Below the pieces are notes generated by a model. That model saw only the letters and a list, made by a program, of their open reading frames with translations, did no database searches and had not been told where the DNA came from. A DNA stretch of 64,000 nt, taken from positions 63,210-127,209 of the forward strand of contig CADCLS010000002.1 in NCBI GenBank assembly GCA_902802375.1, read 5' to 3'. Of the stretch, positions 31,702 through 40,739 are shown in pieces. The number at the start of each line of letters is the position of its first letter. The stretch's first letter is position 1. A program made the position numbers and the translations under genes. The stretch is from Oscillospiraceae bacterium (GTDB lineage: Bacteria; Bacillota; Clostridia; Oscillospirales; Acutalibacteraceae).

Positions 31702-32871
31702 ATGTTTGAGAATATTAAGTGGAAAGAAAACGGAAAACTTAAGCTTTGCATAATAGTAGGTACAAGACCGGAAATTATACGGCTTGCGGCGGTAATAAAC
31801 AAGTGCCGTAAGTATTTTGATACCTTACTCGTTCATACCGGTCAGAATTATGATTATAACTTAAACGGTGTCTTTTTTAAGGATTTGAAGCTTGAGGACC
31901 CGGACATTTACCTTGACGCGGTAGGAAAAGACCTCGGGGAGACGATGGGCAATATTATAGCAAAATCGTACGAGCTTATGGCAGAAATAAAGCCTGACGG
32001 CGTGCTGGTACTCGGAGACACAAACAGTTGTCTTTCGGTAATAGGTGCAAAACGCCTTCACATACCGATTTTTCATATGGAAGCAGGCAACCGCTGTAAA
32101 GATGAGTGTCTTCCTGAGGAAACAAACCGCCGAATAGTAGATATTATTTCAGATGTAAATTTAGCATACAGTGAACACGCACGCAGGTATCTTGCGGAGT
32201 GCGGTCTTCCAAAAGAACGCACCTATGTGACCGGCTCGCCAATGGCAGAGGTGTTGCATAAAAACTTAAAGGAAATTGAAAACAGCGATGTTCATAAGAG
32301 ACTTGGTCTTAATAAGGGTCACTATATACTTCTTTCGGCGCATAGGGAAGAGAATATAGATACGGAAAAGAACTTTATGTCGCTGTTCGGGGCCATTAAT
32401 AAAATGGCGCAAAAATATGATATGCCGGTTCTTTATTCCTGTCATCCTCGTTCAAAAAAGCGCCTTGAGGCAACGGGGTATAAGCTTGATAGCCGTGTTA
32501 TTATGCACGAACCACTTGGCTTCCATGATTATAATTGTTTGCAGATGAATGCTTTTTGCGTGGTGTCTGACAGTGGCACACTTCCCGAGGAAAGCAGTTT
32601 CTTCACCTCTGTGGGTAAACCGTTTCCTGCGGTTTGTATAAGAACCTCCACAGAGCGCCCGGAGGCTCTTGATAAAGGGTGCTTTATAATTTCAGGTATA
32701 GATGAAAAGGGGCTTTTACAGTCTGTCGATACTGCGGTTGAAATGAACAAGAACGGGGATATCGGTATTCCGGTGCCGGTATATACCGATGAAAATGTCT
32801 CAACAAAAGTTGTTAAAATCATTCAGTCGTATATAGGAATAGTCAATAAAATGGTTTGGAGAAAATCATAA
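31702..32871 (+). CDS. capG: UDP-2-acetamido-2,6-dideoxy-hexose / UDP-GlcNAc 2-epimerase, CapG/FnlC type
   Basis: KLKLCIIVGTRPEIIRL...LVHTGQNYDYNLN...GETMGNIIAK...GDTNSCLS...HMEAGNRC closely parallels S. aureus Cap5G as I recall it. Start is the ATG at 31702. Confidence 0.8.
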   Translation: MFENIKWKENGKLKLCIIVGTRPEIIRLAAVINKCRKYFDTLLVHTGQNYDYNLNGVFFKDLKLEDPDIYLDAVGKDLGETMGNIIAKSYELMAEIKPDGVLVLGDTNSCLSVIGAKRLHIPIFHMEAGNRCKDECLPEETNRRIVDIISDVNLAYSEHARRYLAECGLPKERTYVTGSPMAEVLHKNLKEIENSDVHKRLGLNKGHYILLSAHREENIDTEKNFMSLFGAINKMAQKYDMPVLYSCHPRSKKRLEATGYKLDSRVIMHEPLGFHDYNCLQMNAFCVVSDSGTLPEESSFFTSVGKPFPAVCIRTSTERPEALDKGCFIISGIDEKGLLQSVDTAVEMNKNGDIGIPVPVYTDENVSTKVVKIIQSYIGIVNKMVWRKS

Positions 32872-34029
32872 ATGACCTATTCCGAAAATATTACACGCAT
32901 TTTAATTGCTCTTATAAAGAGTGCGGTAACGGATGATGAATTACCGACTGATATTGATTTCGAAAGTCAGTACAATCAGATAATGAAGCTCGCTTTGCTG
33001 CATGAGGTGTCACACTTGGCGGCTTTAGCGTTAATTCGAAGTGGGCGCCTGAGAGATGCAGAGCAAATTAAAACTGCTGAAAAGCAAATTTACAAGGCGT
33101 CTTTTAGAGATACTAAGAATAGTTTTACGCTCGAATTGGCAAGCTCTGTTTTCCAAGCGGAAAAAATACCGTTTATCGCTCTCAAGGGTGCGGTTATAAA
33201 GAATTATTATCCGGAAAAATGGATGCGTTCAAGCTGCGATATTGATGTTTTGGTGCCCAAAAAGGATTTTGAAAGAGCAGTCAAAATTCTTCAGAATAAA
33301 GAATTCGTTATTGACGGTAATCTTAATTACCACGATATTTCGATGCTTTATGACGGCACAAATCTTGAGCTTCATTTCAGCGTATGCGAAAACATTAAAA
33401 ATATTGATGTGCTGCTGAGTAAAATTTGGGATTATGCTCATCCGAAGTCAGGGCTTGAATATGAAGAAAACCATGATTTTTTTGTTTTTCATCATATAGC
33501 TCATATGTCTTACCATTTTCTTGCCGGAGGTTGCGGTATAAGGCCTTTTCTCGATTTGTGGATATTAAGGCGTTCCCATTTTTTCGATGAAGAAAGTGTG
33601 AGAAAGCTTTGTAACGAGTCCCGTATTTCGGAATTTTACGACGGCGTAAATCAGCTGATAGATGTATGGTTTGAGGGGAAAGCGCATAATGATATTACCC
33701 GGAGAATTGAAAAGTATATAATGACCGGCGGCGCATACGGTACATATCCGAATAACGCCGCGGCGTATACAATTAAACACGGCGGAAAAATACGCCATAT
33801 TATATCTATTGCCTTTCCTCCGTATACAAATATGAGGGTGTTATATCCTGTACTCAACCGCATTCCGGTGTTGTTGCCTTTTTGTTATATCTACCGAGTT
33901 TTTCAGAAGACGGTGGGTCGCGGCAATGACCGGGCAATTAAGAAGTATAAAATAATAAAAGAGCAGGAAGCTGCCTTTGTAAAAGAAGTTGCGTCGCTGA
34001 TGAAAGCGCTCAGGCTTGACGGCAAATAA
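32872..34029 (+). CDS. uncharacterised nucleotidyltransferase family protein (NTP_transf_5-like)
   Basis: 385 aa. The segment FIALKGAVIKNYYPEKWMRSSCDIDVLV is typical of that family. It is inserted between capG and capF. Confidence 0.5.
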   Translation: MTYSENITRILIALIKSAVTDDELPTDIDFESQYNQIMKLALLHEVSHLAALALIRSGRLRDAEQIKTAEKQIYKASFRDTKNSFTLELASSVFQAEKIPFIALKGAVIKNYYPEKWMRSSCDIDVLVPKKDFERAVKILQNKEFVIDGNLNYHDISMLYDGTNLELHFSVCENIKNIDVLLSKIWDYAHPKSGLEYEENHDFFVFHHIAHMSYHFLAGGCGIRPFLDLWILRRSHFFDEESVRKLCNESRISEFYDGVNQLIDVWFEGKAHNDITRRIEKYIMTGGAYGTYPNNAAAYTIKHGGKIRHIISIAFPPYTNMRVLYPVLNRIPVLLPFCYIYRVFQKTVGRGNDRAIKKYKIIKEQEAAFVKEVASLMKALRLDGK

Positions 34030-34038
34030 GGAGAAAAA

Positions 34039-35238
34039 ATGAATATACTTGTAACCGGAGCAAAAGGTTTTGTTGGCAGAAACCTTGTAGAAAACCTAAA
34101 AAACATAAGGGACGGAAAGAATAATACTCGGCCGGGTATAACAGTTGAAAATGTTTATGAATACGATATTGACAGTACAGCTGAAAGTCTTGATGAGTAC
34201 TGTAAAAACGCCGATTTTGTATTCAACCTTGCCGGAGTAAACAGACCGGAAAACCCGGAAGATTTCAAAAAAGGGAACTTCGGTTTTGCCTCTACCCTTT
34301 TAAGCATTCTAAAAAGACACGAAAATAAGGCTCCTGTTATGCTTTCATCTTCCATTCAGGCGACTTTGCAGGGGCGCTTTGGTGCGTCCGAGTACGGCAT
34401 TTCGAAAAAGGCGGGCGAAGACCTGTTTTTTGAGTACGGAAGAGAAAACGGAGTAAAGGTGTTGGTGTACCGTTTCCCTAATCTCGCCGGCAAATGGGTA
34501 AGACCGAATTACAACAGTGCGGTAGGTACGTTTTGCAATAATATAGCAAATGATTTGCCTATAACCGTAAGCGACCCTGATATAGAAATAGAATTGCTTT
34601 TTATTGATGATTTGATTGAAGAGATGTTTGACGCGATAGAGGGCAAAGAACATCACTGTGAATTTGACGGTGTTAATACGGTGCTGTGTGAAAACGGTAA
34701 ATTTTGCGCGGCACCCGTGACTCACAAAGTAACACTCGGATATATCGTCGAATGTCTTGAAAAATTCCGTGCTCAGCCTAATACACTTGTTATTCCTGAA
34801 ATAGCAAACGGCAGTTTTGAAAAAAAGCTTTATTCAATGTATCTTTCGTATCTGCCGGAAAGTAAGACTGCTTTTGAGCTTAAGATGAACGAAGATGCGC
34901 GCGGCAGCTTCACAGAGCTATTGAAAACTGATAAATGCGGACAGTTTTCGGTTAATATTTCAAAGCCCGGAATTACAAAGGGTCAGCATTGGCATAATTC
35001 AAAATGGGAATTTTTTATAGTCGTCTCCGGTCACGGTCTTATTGAGGAAAGAAAGATAGGAACACAGGAAGTCCGGCGTTTTGAGGTAAGCGGCGAAAAA
35101 ATCACGGCGGTGCATATGTTGCCGGGATATACGCACAATATTATAAATCTTTCAGATACAGAAAATCTGGTAACACTTATGTGGGCAAATGAACAATTTG
35201 ACCCGAACCACCCGGATACCTACAGGGAAGATGTATAA
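34039..35238 (+). CDS. capF: CapF/FnlB-type bifunctional SDR-cupin reductase
   Basis: N-terminal TGAKGFVGRNL Rossmann motif and LSSSIQA. The C-terminal cupin (NISKPGITKGQHWHNSKWEFFIVVSG...MWANEQFDPNHPDTY) parallels S. aureus Cap5F. Confidence 0.8.
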   Translation: MNILVTGAKGFVGRNLVENLKNIRDGKNNTRPGITVENVYEYDIDSTAESLDEYCKNADFVFNLAGVNRPENPEDFKKGNFGFASTLLSILKRHENKAPVMLSSSIQATLQGRFGASEYGISKKAGEDLFFEYGRENGVKVLVYRFPNLAGKWVRPNYNSAVGTFCNNIANDLPITVSDPDIEIELLFIDDLIEEMFDAIEGKEHHCEFDGVNTVLCENGKFCAAPVTHKVTLGYIVECLEKFRAQPNTLVIPEIANGSFEKKLYSMYLSYLPESKTAFELKMNEDARGSFTELLKTDKCGQFSVNISKPGITKGQHWHNSKWEFFIVVSGHGLIEERKIGTQEVRRFEVSGEKITAVHMLPGYTHNIINLSDTENLVTLMWANEQFDPNHPDTYREDV

Positions 35239-35262
35239 ACTGTAGAAAAATAAGAATAAAAG

Positions 35263-35302
35263 AGGCTTGCCGCCGGCATATTGATATGCCGGCGGCAAGC
35301 CT
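35263..35302 (+). terminator. terminator-like 18-bp hairpin after capF
   Basis: AGGCTTGCCGCCGGCATA / TATGCCGGCGGCAAGCCT, followed by TCATCATTTT (an imperfect T-run). Confidence 0.6.
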
Positions 35303-35476
35303 TCATCATTTTGGAACTATTGGCAAACAAAATCACAAATTAAATGTTGATTTGCTACCGTTATTATGATATATTATAAATAATTATAAGGTAGTGTTCA
35401 ATGGGGTACTGTGGGTTGTTTTAATTTGAGTGAATTTCGGCTTTAAGCCGGATTAAAGCAGGGGATGAATTAAAGA

Positions 35477-36835
35477 ATGAGAAACCGGGAAATGAGTCGC
35501 ACTTTGAAAATAAGAACACTTAAATTATTTCATTTCGTGGGCTCAGTGGCTATGTTTGTGGGCTTCTGGTATATGTTTTTTCTCGGGCGGTACAATACTG
35601 ATGAGCGTGAATGGAGCCAAATAGCGCTTGCTTTTATTTATGCGGCATTAATGTTTTTGCTTAACAGGATTTATGATTCTTACAGTATTGGTTACCGTGG
35701 AGCTTCCGAAAACGCATATTCGCAAACTATTTCGGATTTCTTTTCCCTGTCGCTGGTCTGGATAATTTCAATGATGATGTACAGAACATTTGTAAGTCCT
35801 TTGCCGCTTTTAGCTCTGCTCGCGGCTCAGGTTGCGTGGAATATACTTTGGTGTGTTTTTGCAAAGTATATTTACAGTAAGCTTTATAAGAACAGAAAGA
35901 CCATAATCGTTTACAGAGATGAAGACGACTTGGAACGAATAAGTGAAATCTACCGTTTCAAGAATAAGTTTGATGTGAAAAAGCAGATAAAATGCCCGGA
36001 TGATTATAAGGAACTTGAGGAAGAGCTTGAAGGCTTTGAGGCTGTTGTCGTAAGCGGTGTAAACGCTGATTTGAGAAACGGTATAGCCAAATTTTGCGTG
36101 GAGAATAAGGTCAAGGGTTACTTTGTTCCTCATGTGGGCGATATAATTATGCAGGGCGCCGGTTATATGCAGAGCTTTTATATACCGGTTCTTAATGTAA
36201 AAGGCGCTAATCCCACCCCCGAATACAGTTTTGTAAAGAGACTGTTTGATATTTCAGCCAGTGCTCTTGCGCTGATTTTATTAAGTCCGATTTTCTTTGT
36301 AACCGCTTTAGCTATCAAGATTAATGACGGCGGACCTGTATTTTATAAGCAGATACGCCTAACCAAGAATAGACGCGAGTTCAGAATTCTTAAATTCAGG
36401 TCGATGCGAGTTGACGCCGAGAAGGACGGCGTCGCAAGGCTCAGCAGCGGTCAGGCAGATGATAGAATTACTTCGGTCGGTCGTATTATAAGAGCATGCA
36501 GAATAGATGAACTACCTCAGCTTTGGAATATTTTTGTAGGTGATATGAGCATAGTGGGTCCGAGACCCGAAAGACCCGAGATTTCGGAACAGTACGAAGA
36601 GGACATGCCTGCTTTCGGTTTGAGGTTGCAGGTGAAGGCGGGACTTACCGGCAATGCTCAGGTTTACGGAAAATATAATGCTTCCCCTCATGACAAGCTT
36701 ATAATGGATTTGATGTACATAAACCGTATGAGCGTTTTAGAGGATTTGAAAATTATATTTGCCACGGTACGAATCCTTTTTAAGAAAGAGTCTACAGAGG
36801 GCGTTGAGGTCGGCAAGGTTACTGCAAAGGTTTAG
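35477..36835 (+). CDS. polyprenyl-phosphate hexose-1-phosphate transferase (WbaP/EpsL-type initiating sugar transferase)
   Basis: N-terminal TM helices plus a C-terminal bacterial sugar-transferase domain (KRLFDI..., DELPQLWNIFVGDMSIVGPRPERP). Confidence 0.85.
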   Translation: MRNREMSRTLKIRTLKLFHFVGSVAMFVGFWYMFFLGRYNTDEREWSQIALAFIYAALMFLLNRIYDSYSIGYRGASENAYSQTISDFFSLSLVWIISMMMYRTFVSPLPLLALLAAQVAWNILWCVFAKYIYSKLYKNRKTIIVYRDEDDLERISEIYRFKNKFDVKKQIKCPDDYKELEEELEGFEAVVVSGVNADLRNGIAKFCVENKVKGYFVPHVGDIIMQGAGYMQSFYIPVLNVKGANPTPEYSFVKRLFDISASALALILLSPIFFVTALAIKINDGGPVFYKQIRLTKNRREFRILKFRSMRVDAEKDGVARLSSGQADDRITSVGRIIRACRIDELPQLWNIFVGDMSIVGPRPERPEISEQYEEDMPAFGLRLQVKAGLTGNAQVYGKYNASPHDKLIMDLMYINRMSVLEDLKIIFATVRILFKKESTEGVEVGKVTAKV

Positions 36836-36865
36836 GAATTTTTGCTTTTTGAATGGGAGTTGTTT

Positions 36866-37708
36866 ATGATTACTCAATGCAATTACTCTGTTTTGATGAG
36901 CGTATATAAGAACGAAAAAGCTGATTTTCTGCGCTCGGCTATAAACAGTATTTTTGAGCAGACTGTATTGACGAATGATTTTGTAATTGTTTGTGACGGC
37001 CCATTAAGCGAAGAGCTTGATGCTGTGATTTCAGAAGCTCAAGATGCGCATAAAGATGTTTTGCACATTATAAGACTCGAAAAGAATATGGGTCTTGGTC
37101 GTGCTCTTAACATCGGCATCAAAGAATGCAAAAACGAACTTGTCGCGCGTATGGACAGTGATGATATAAGCAGACCTGATAGATGCGAAAAACAAATTTC
37201 CGTTTTTAACGAAAACGCTGAAATCAGCGTTTGTTCGGGCACGGTTGAAGAGTTTGCTTTTTTCACCGATAATATTGAGGCTAAAAGAGTTCTTCCGGAA
37301 AATAACGGTGATATAGTTGAGTTTTCAAGAAAACGAAATCCGTTTAACCATCCGTGTGTGATGTATAAAAAATCTGCGGTTGAGGCGGCGGGCTCATATC
37401 AGGATTTTTATCTTTTGGAAGACTACTATCTTTGGATAAGAATGTTGCAAAAAGGTTATAAAGGATATAACATTCAAGAGCCGATTTTGTGGATGCGAGC
37501 AGGCTCCGATATGTATAAAAGGCGCTCGGGATTAAAATATACTAAGAGCCAGGAAGCACTTTTTCGGTATATGAGAAAAGTCGGTTTTATTAGTACCTCT
37601 CAGTATCTCAAATCGGTGATTACAAGAGGAGTTTCTTCGCTGATACCTAATTCAATAAGGAAATTGGCATATAAAAAGGTGCTTAGAGAATCGAGGGATA
37701 ATCAATAA
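36866..37708 (+). CDS. glycosyltransferase family 2
   Basis: YSVLMSVYKNEK...VIVCDGP...RMDSDDIS (DxD) motifs. Start is the ATG at 36866 after GGGAG. Confidence 0.8.
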   Translation: MITQCNYSVLMSVYKNEKADFLRSAINSIFEQTVLTNDFVIVCDGPLSEELDAVISEAQDAHKDVLHIIRLEKNMGLGRALNIGIKECKNELVARMDSDDISRPDRCEKQISVFNENAEISVCSGTVEEFAFFTDNIEAKRVLPENNGDIVEFSRKRNPFNHPCVMYKKSAVEAAGSYQDFYLLEDYYLWIRMLQKGYKGYNIQEPILWMRAGSDMYKRRSGLKYTKSQEALFRYMRKVGFISTSQYLKSVITRGVSSLIPNSIRKLAYKKVLRESRDNQ

Positions 37709-37710
37709 TT

Positions 37711-38532
37711 ATGGAATATACTCCGGCAGAATTAAAGCGTGTTCAAGAGACAGAAATTGATATTCTTAAAGAGATAATACGGGTTTGTGATGAGTACGGT
37801 CTTGAATATTGGGTTTATGGCGGAACGCTTATAGGAGCAATACGACATAACGGTTTCATTCCGTGGGATGATGATATTGATATTGGAATGATGCGAGATG
37901 ATTTTGAAAAATTCCTCGAGATTGCGCCGAAAGCCTTGAAAAAGGGTTACACACTTCAGCATTTCAAAACAGACCCGAAAACTCCTACTTATCACGCCAA
38001 GGTTCGTAAGGACAAAACTCGTTTTGTAGAATGGTATACACGGAATATGGATATTCATCAGGGCATTTTTGTTGATATTATGCCGCATGATTTAATTCCC
38101 GAGGATAAAGAGCAGAGAGCAAAATACAGAAAAAAAGCAGAATGGCGAAAACAACTGTTTATTGCAAAGTCTGTAACGGATACTACTATAACCCGCGGTA
38201 AGAAAGTATGGATTCGTACAATAGAAAGAAGAATTCTCCATATTTTAATGCTACCGTTTCCTAAAGAGTGGTTGTTTGAGCGTGTTGATTCATATATGCG
38301 CCGGTACAATGGTACTGATTCACATATGTTTACGACAAGAGCAATGGAAGTCAGCGAGAATTTGATAGAAGATGTTTTTCCGCTTCAAAAGCATAAGTTT
38401 GAAAATATTGAAGTGAATGTTCCGGCAAATTACGATTTGGTTCTTCGTAGGAACTATGGGGACTATATGAAGCTTCCTGCGCCGGAAAACAGGATTTCTC
38501 ATAGTCCTTACATATTGGAATTTGAAAATTAA
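37711..38532 (+). CDS. licD: LicD-family phosphotransferase (copy 1)
   Basis: YGGTLIGAIRHNGFIPWDDDIDIGM LicD signature. Confidence 0.8.
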   Translation: MEYTPAELKRVQETEIDILKEIIRVCDEYGLEYWVYGGTLIGAIRHNGFIPWDDDIDIGMMRDDFEKFLEIAPKALKKGYTLQHFKTDPKTPTYHAKVRKDKTRFVEWYTRNMDIHQGIFVDIMPHDLIPEDKEQRAKYRKKAEWRKQLFIAKSVTDTTITRGKKVWIRTIERRILHILMLPFPKEWLFERVDSYMRRYNGTDSHMFTTRAMEVSENLIEDVFPLQKHKFENIEVNVPANYDLVLRRNYGDYMKLPAPENRISHSPYILEFEN

Positions 38533-38560
38533 AGAAGCAAATAAAAACAGGAAGGATTAT

Positions 38561-39265
38561 ATGGATAAAGATTTTGTAATCGGCGTTCTCGGAGGGATGG
38601 GTACTTATGCTACAATCCATTTGTTTGAGCAGTACGCAGAGGTGTTTCCTGCCGAAAAGGAGTGGGACAGACCGAGGATAATAATTGACAACCGTTGTAC
38701 TATGCCAAGTAGAGTGCGGGCATTTTTGTACGGTGAAAAAGTTGATGAGCTTGTTGATGAAATGGCAGAATCGATGCAGGGACTTGTAGATGCAGGATGC
38801 AGTAAGATAATTTTGGCTTGTAACACATCGCATCTTTTTCTTCCGCAAATATATGAAAAAGTTCCTCAACTTGAAAACAGAGTAGTTCATATTATTAACA
38901 CTTGCGTTGAAAAAATCGTTTCAGACGGAATATCTGAAACATATCTTCTCGCAACTGAGGGAACCATTGATTCCAAGATTTATCAAAAATCTCTTGAAAA
39001 ACACCGCGTTAAATGTATTGTGCCACAACCGCAAGAATATAGCCTTATTCGCGAATGCATTGAAGCGGTTAAACAAAACAAGTATACAGACAGAGTTAAG
39101 GAAATCTTTACAGATCTTGTTAACCGTTACCCTATATGCATTTTAGGGTGTACCGAATTGCCGGTTTTATATGAAAAATATAAAGATGAGTTGAGTTGTA
39201 AGAGTGTTTATGACCCTTTGCTTTTAGGAATTGTGAAACTAAAGAAGGAATTTGACAATGAATAA
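38561..39265 (+). CDS. aspartate/glutamate racemase family protein
   Basis: GGMGTYAT, ACNTSH and GCTELP catalytic-Cys motifs. Start is the ATG at 38561 after AGGAAGGA. Confidence 0.75.
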   Translation: MDKDFVIGVLGGMGTYATIHLFEQYAEVFPAEKEWDRPRIIIDNRCTMPSRVRAFLYGEKVDELVDEMAESMQGLVDAGCSKIILACNTSHLFLPQIYEKVPQLENRVVHIINTCVEKIVSDGISETYLLATEGTIDSKIYQKSLEKHRVKCIVPQPQEYSLIRECIEAVKQNKYTDRVKEIFTDLVNRYPICILGCTELPVLYEKYKDELSCKSVYDPLLLGIVKLKKEFDNE

Positions 39266-39662
39266 GGTTGTTACATTTGGTGTGTATGATTATTTCCATT
39301 TAGGTCACCTTCGTTTATTTAAGCAGGCGAAAAAATATGGAGATTACCTTATAGTTGCTGTTCAGGACGAAGCTTATATTCTAAAATATAAGCCGGATGC
39401 AAAAGTTTTATACAGTACTGATGAGAGGGTCGAAATGATAAGCGCTATTGGAATTGTGGACGAAGTTGTCGTGTATGAGAGCATTGGCGCGGACGCGCTT
39501 GAAAAAATTGATTTTGATGTCTTAGCTCTTGGGGAGGACCACAAAGGCGCCAGATTTGACGAGGCTGTTAAATGGTGTGAAGAACACGGTAAAAAAGTAG
39601 TGAGATTAAAAAGAACACCCGGAATTGCTTCGTCGGAGATTAAAAAGGAACTATCAAGATAG
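39258..39662 (+). CDS. tagD: glycerol-3-phosphate cytidylyltransferase
   Basis: VVTFGVYDYFHLGHLRLF HxGH motif; ~134 aa. Its ATG overlaps the racemase stop (ATGAATAA). Confidence 0.85.
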   Translation: MNKVVTFGVYDYFHLGHLRLFKQAKKYGDYLIVAVQDEAYILKYKPDAKVLYSTDERVEMISAIGIVDEVVVYESIGADALEKIDFDVLALGEDHKGARFDEAVKWCEEHGKKVVRLKRTPGIASSEIKKELSR

Positions 39663-39683
39663 CTGGAAAAGAAGGAAATATTG

Positions 39684-40724
39684 ATGGTAAAGGACAGAAA
39701 CCAATTCGTAGATATTATGCGCGGCATCGCAATGCTGCTGGTGGTGCTTGGACATACAATGACCGGTTGCACTACCGGCGCCGAGAAGAGTTTTCTCTTT
39801 AATATCGTCTGGTCTCTTCAGATACCGATGTTTATCCTCATCAGTGGGTATGTGACAAGGTATAGTCGAGGAATATCAGATGCATCCGGGCTCTGGAAAT
39901 ATATCAAGCGACGCACGATTGCTTATCTTCTTCCGTGGGTAGTATGGAGCTTCCTAGTGCGCGGCATTATCCTTGGTCAGTCAAATTTCCTAAATATTCA
40001 ATGGCTCCTATGGCATATGGACTTCGGTTATTGGTTTCTTGCGGCTATTTGGACCATTAGCGTAATTTTTGGAATCAGTACATTTACGGCAAAGAAAATA
40101 GGCAAGGATTCTGTCATAAAACAGCAGGTGCTAACACTGATTTTGTATGTTGTTGGGATGGCCATTCTTGCAGGCGTTTCATTTTTTACCGGGCTTTCAT
40201 TCTTCGCCATCAAACTCACACTTTATTACATGCCATTTTATTTTGCCGGATATTTGTACGGTCAATACCGCGAAAAGATTTTGGAACTCAAGTGTGGGAA
40301 GACCATAATTGATATTATGATTATATGCTGCTTGGTAGGTTGGATTTTTATAATTACTCGCTATCATTCATATGCTTTGCCGGATAATGGAATGGCAATT
40401 GTTGTGCGGGCTCTTTGCTCGATAACCGGATGTGTTGCAGTGTGTGGACTCTGCAAAGGGTTGTTTACAGGAACCGAAAAAAAGCTCGTGGGTATGGCAT
40501 TTCTCAACTGGTGCGGTGTACATTCTTTGGAAATATATCTCACCCACGATCTGTTTCTTAATTTGATAAAAACAAAAGTGCTTCCGTCTGCGGAAAGCGT
40601 ACAGGGTGTTGCTATGATAGCCGTTAATTATATTGTTACGGTTGCGCTTGTGTGTGTTGTGGTGGTACTGTTAAACGCAAATAAAATTTCAAGGTTAATA
40701 CTTTTCGGTAATAGTAAGGATTAA
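39684..40724 (+). CDS. membrane acyltransferase family 3 (O-acetyltransferase)
   Basis: About 10 TM segments; N-terminal FVDIMRGIAMLLVVLGH motif. Confidence 0.75.
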   Translation: MVKDRNQFVDIMRGIAMLLVVLGHTMTGCTTGAEKSFLFNIVWSLQIPMFILISGYVTRYSRGISDASGLWKYIKRRTIAYLLPWVVWSFLVRGIILGQSNFLNIQWLLWHMDFGYWFLAAIWTISVIFGISTFTAKKIGKDSVIKQQVLTLILYVVGMAILAGVSFFTGLSFFAIKLTLYYMPFYFAGYLYGQYREKILELKCGKTIIDIMIICCLVGWIFIITRYHSYALPDNGMAIVVRALCSITGCVAVCGLCKGLFTGTEKKLVGMAFLNWCGVHSLEIYLTHDLFLNLIKTKVLPSAESVQGVAMIAVNYIVTVALVCVVVVLLNANKISRLILFGNSKD

Positions 40725-40739
40725 AGGGTTGGTGAAAAT

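Noticed and set aside
35388-35398. ops/JUMPstart-like GGTAG (AAGGTAGTGTT) in the 5' leader of the EPS operon
   Set aside because: It matches only about 5-7 of the 12 ops positions (GGCGGTAGCGTG). RfaH-type ops recognition is a proteobacterial feature. This is probably coincidental.
38351-38890. 179-aa minus-strand ORF (and neighbouring antisense ORFs at 37732-38502)
   Set aside because: They lie antisense to the licD and racemase genes. This AT-rich DNA tends to contain long spurious antisense frames.
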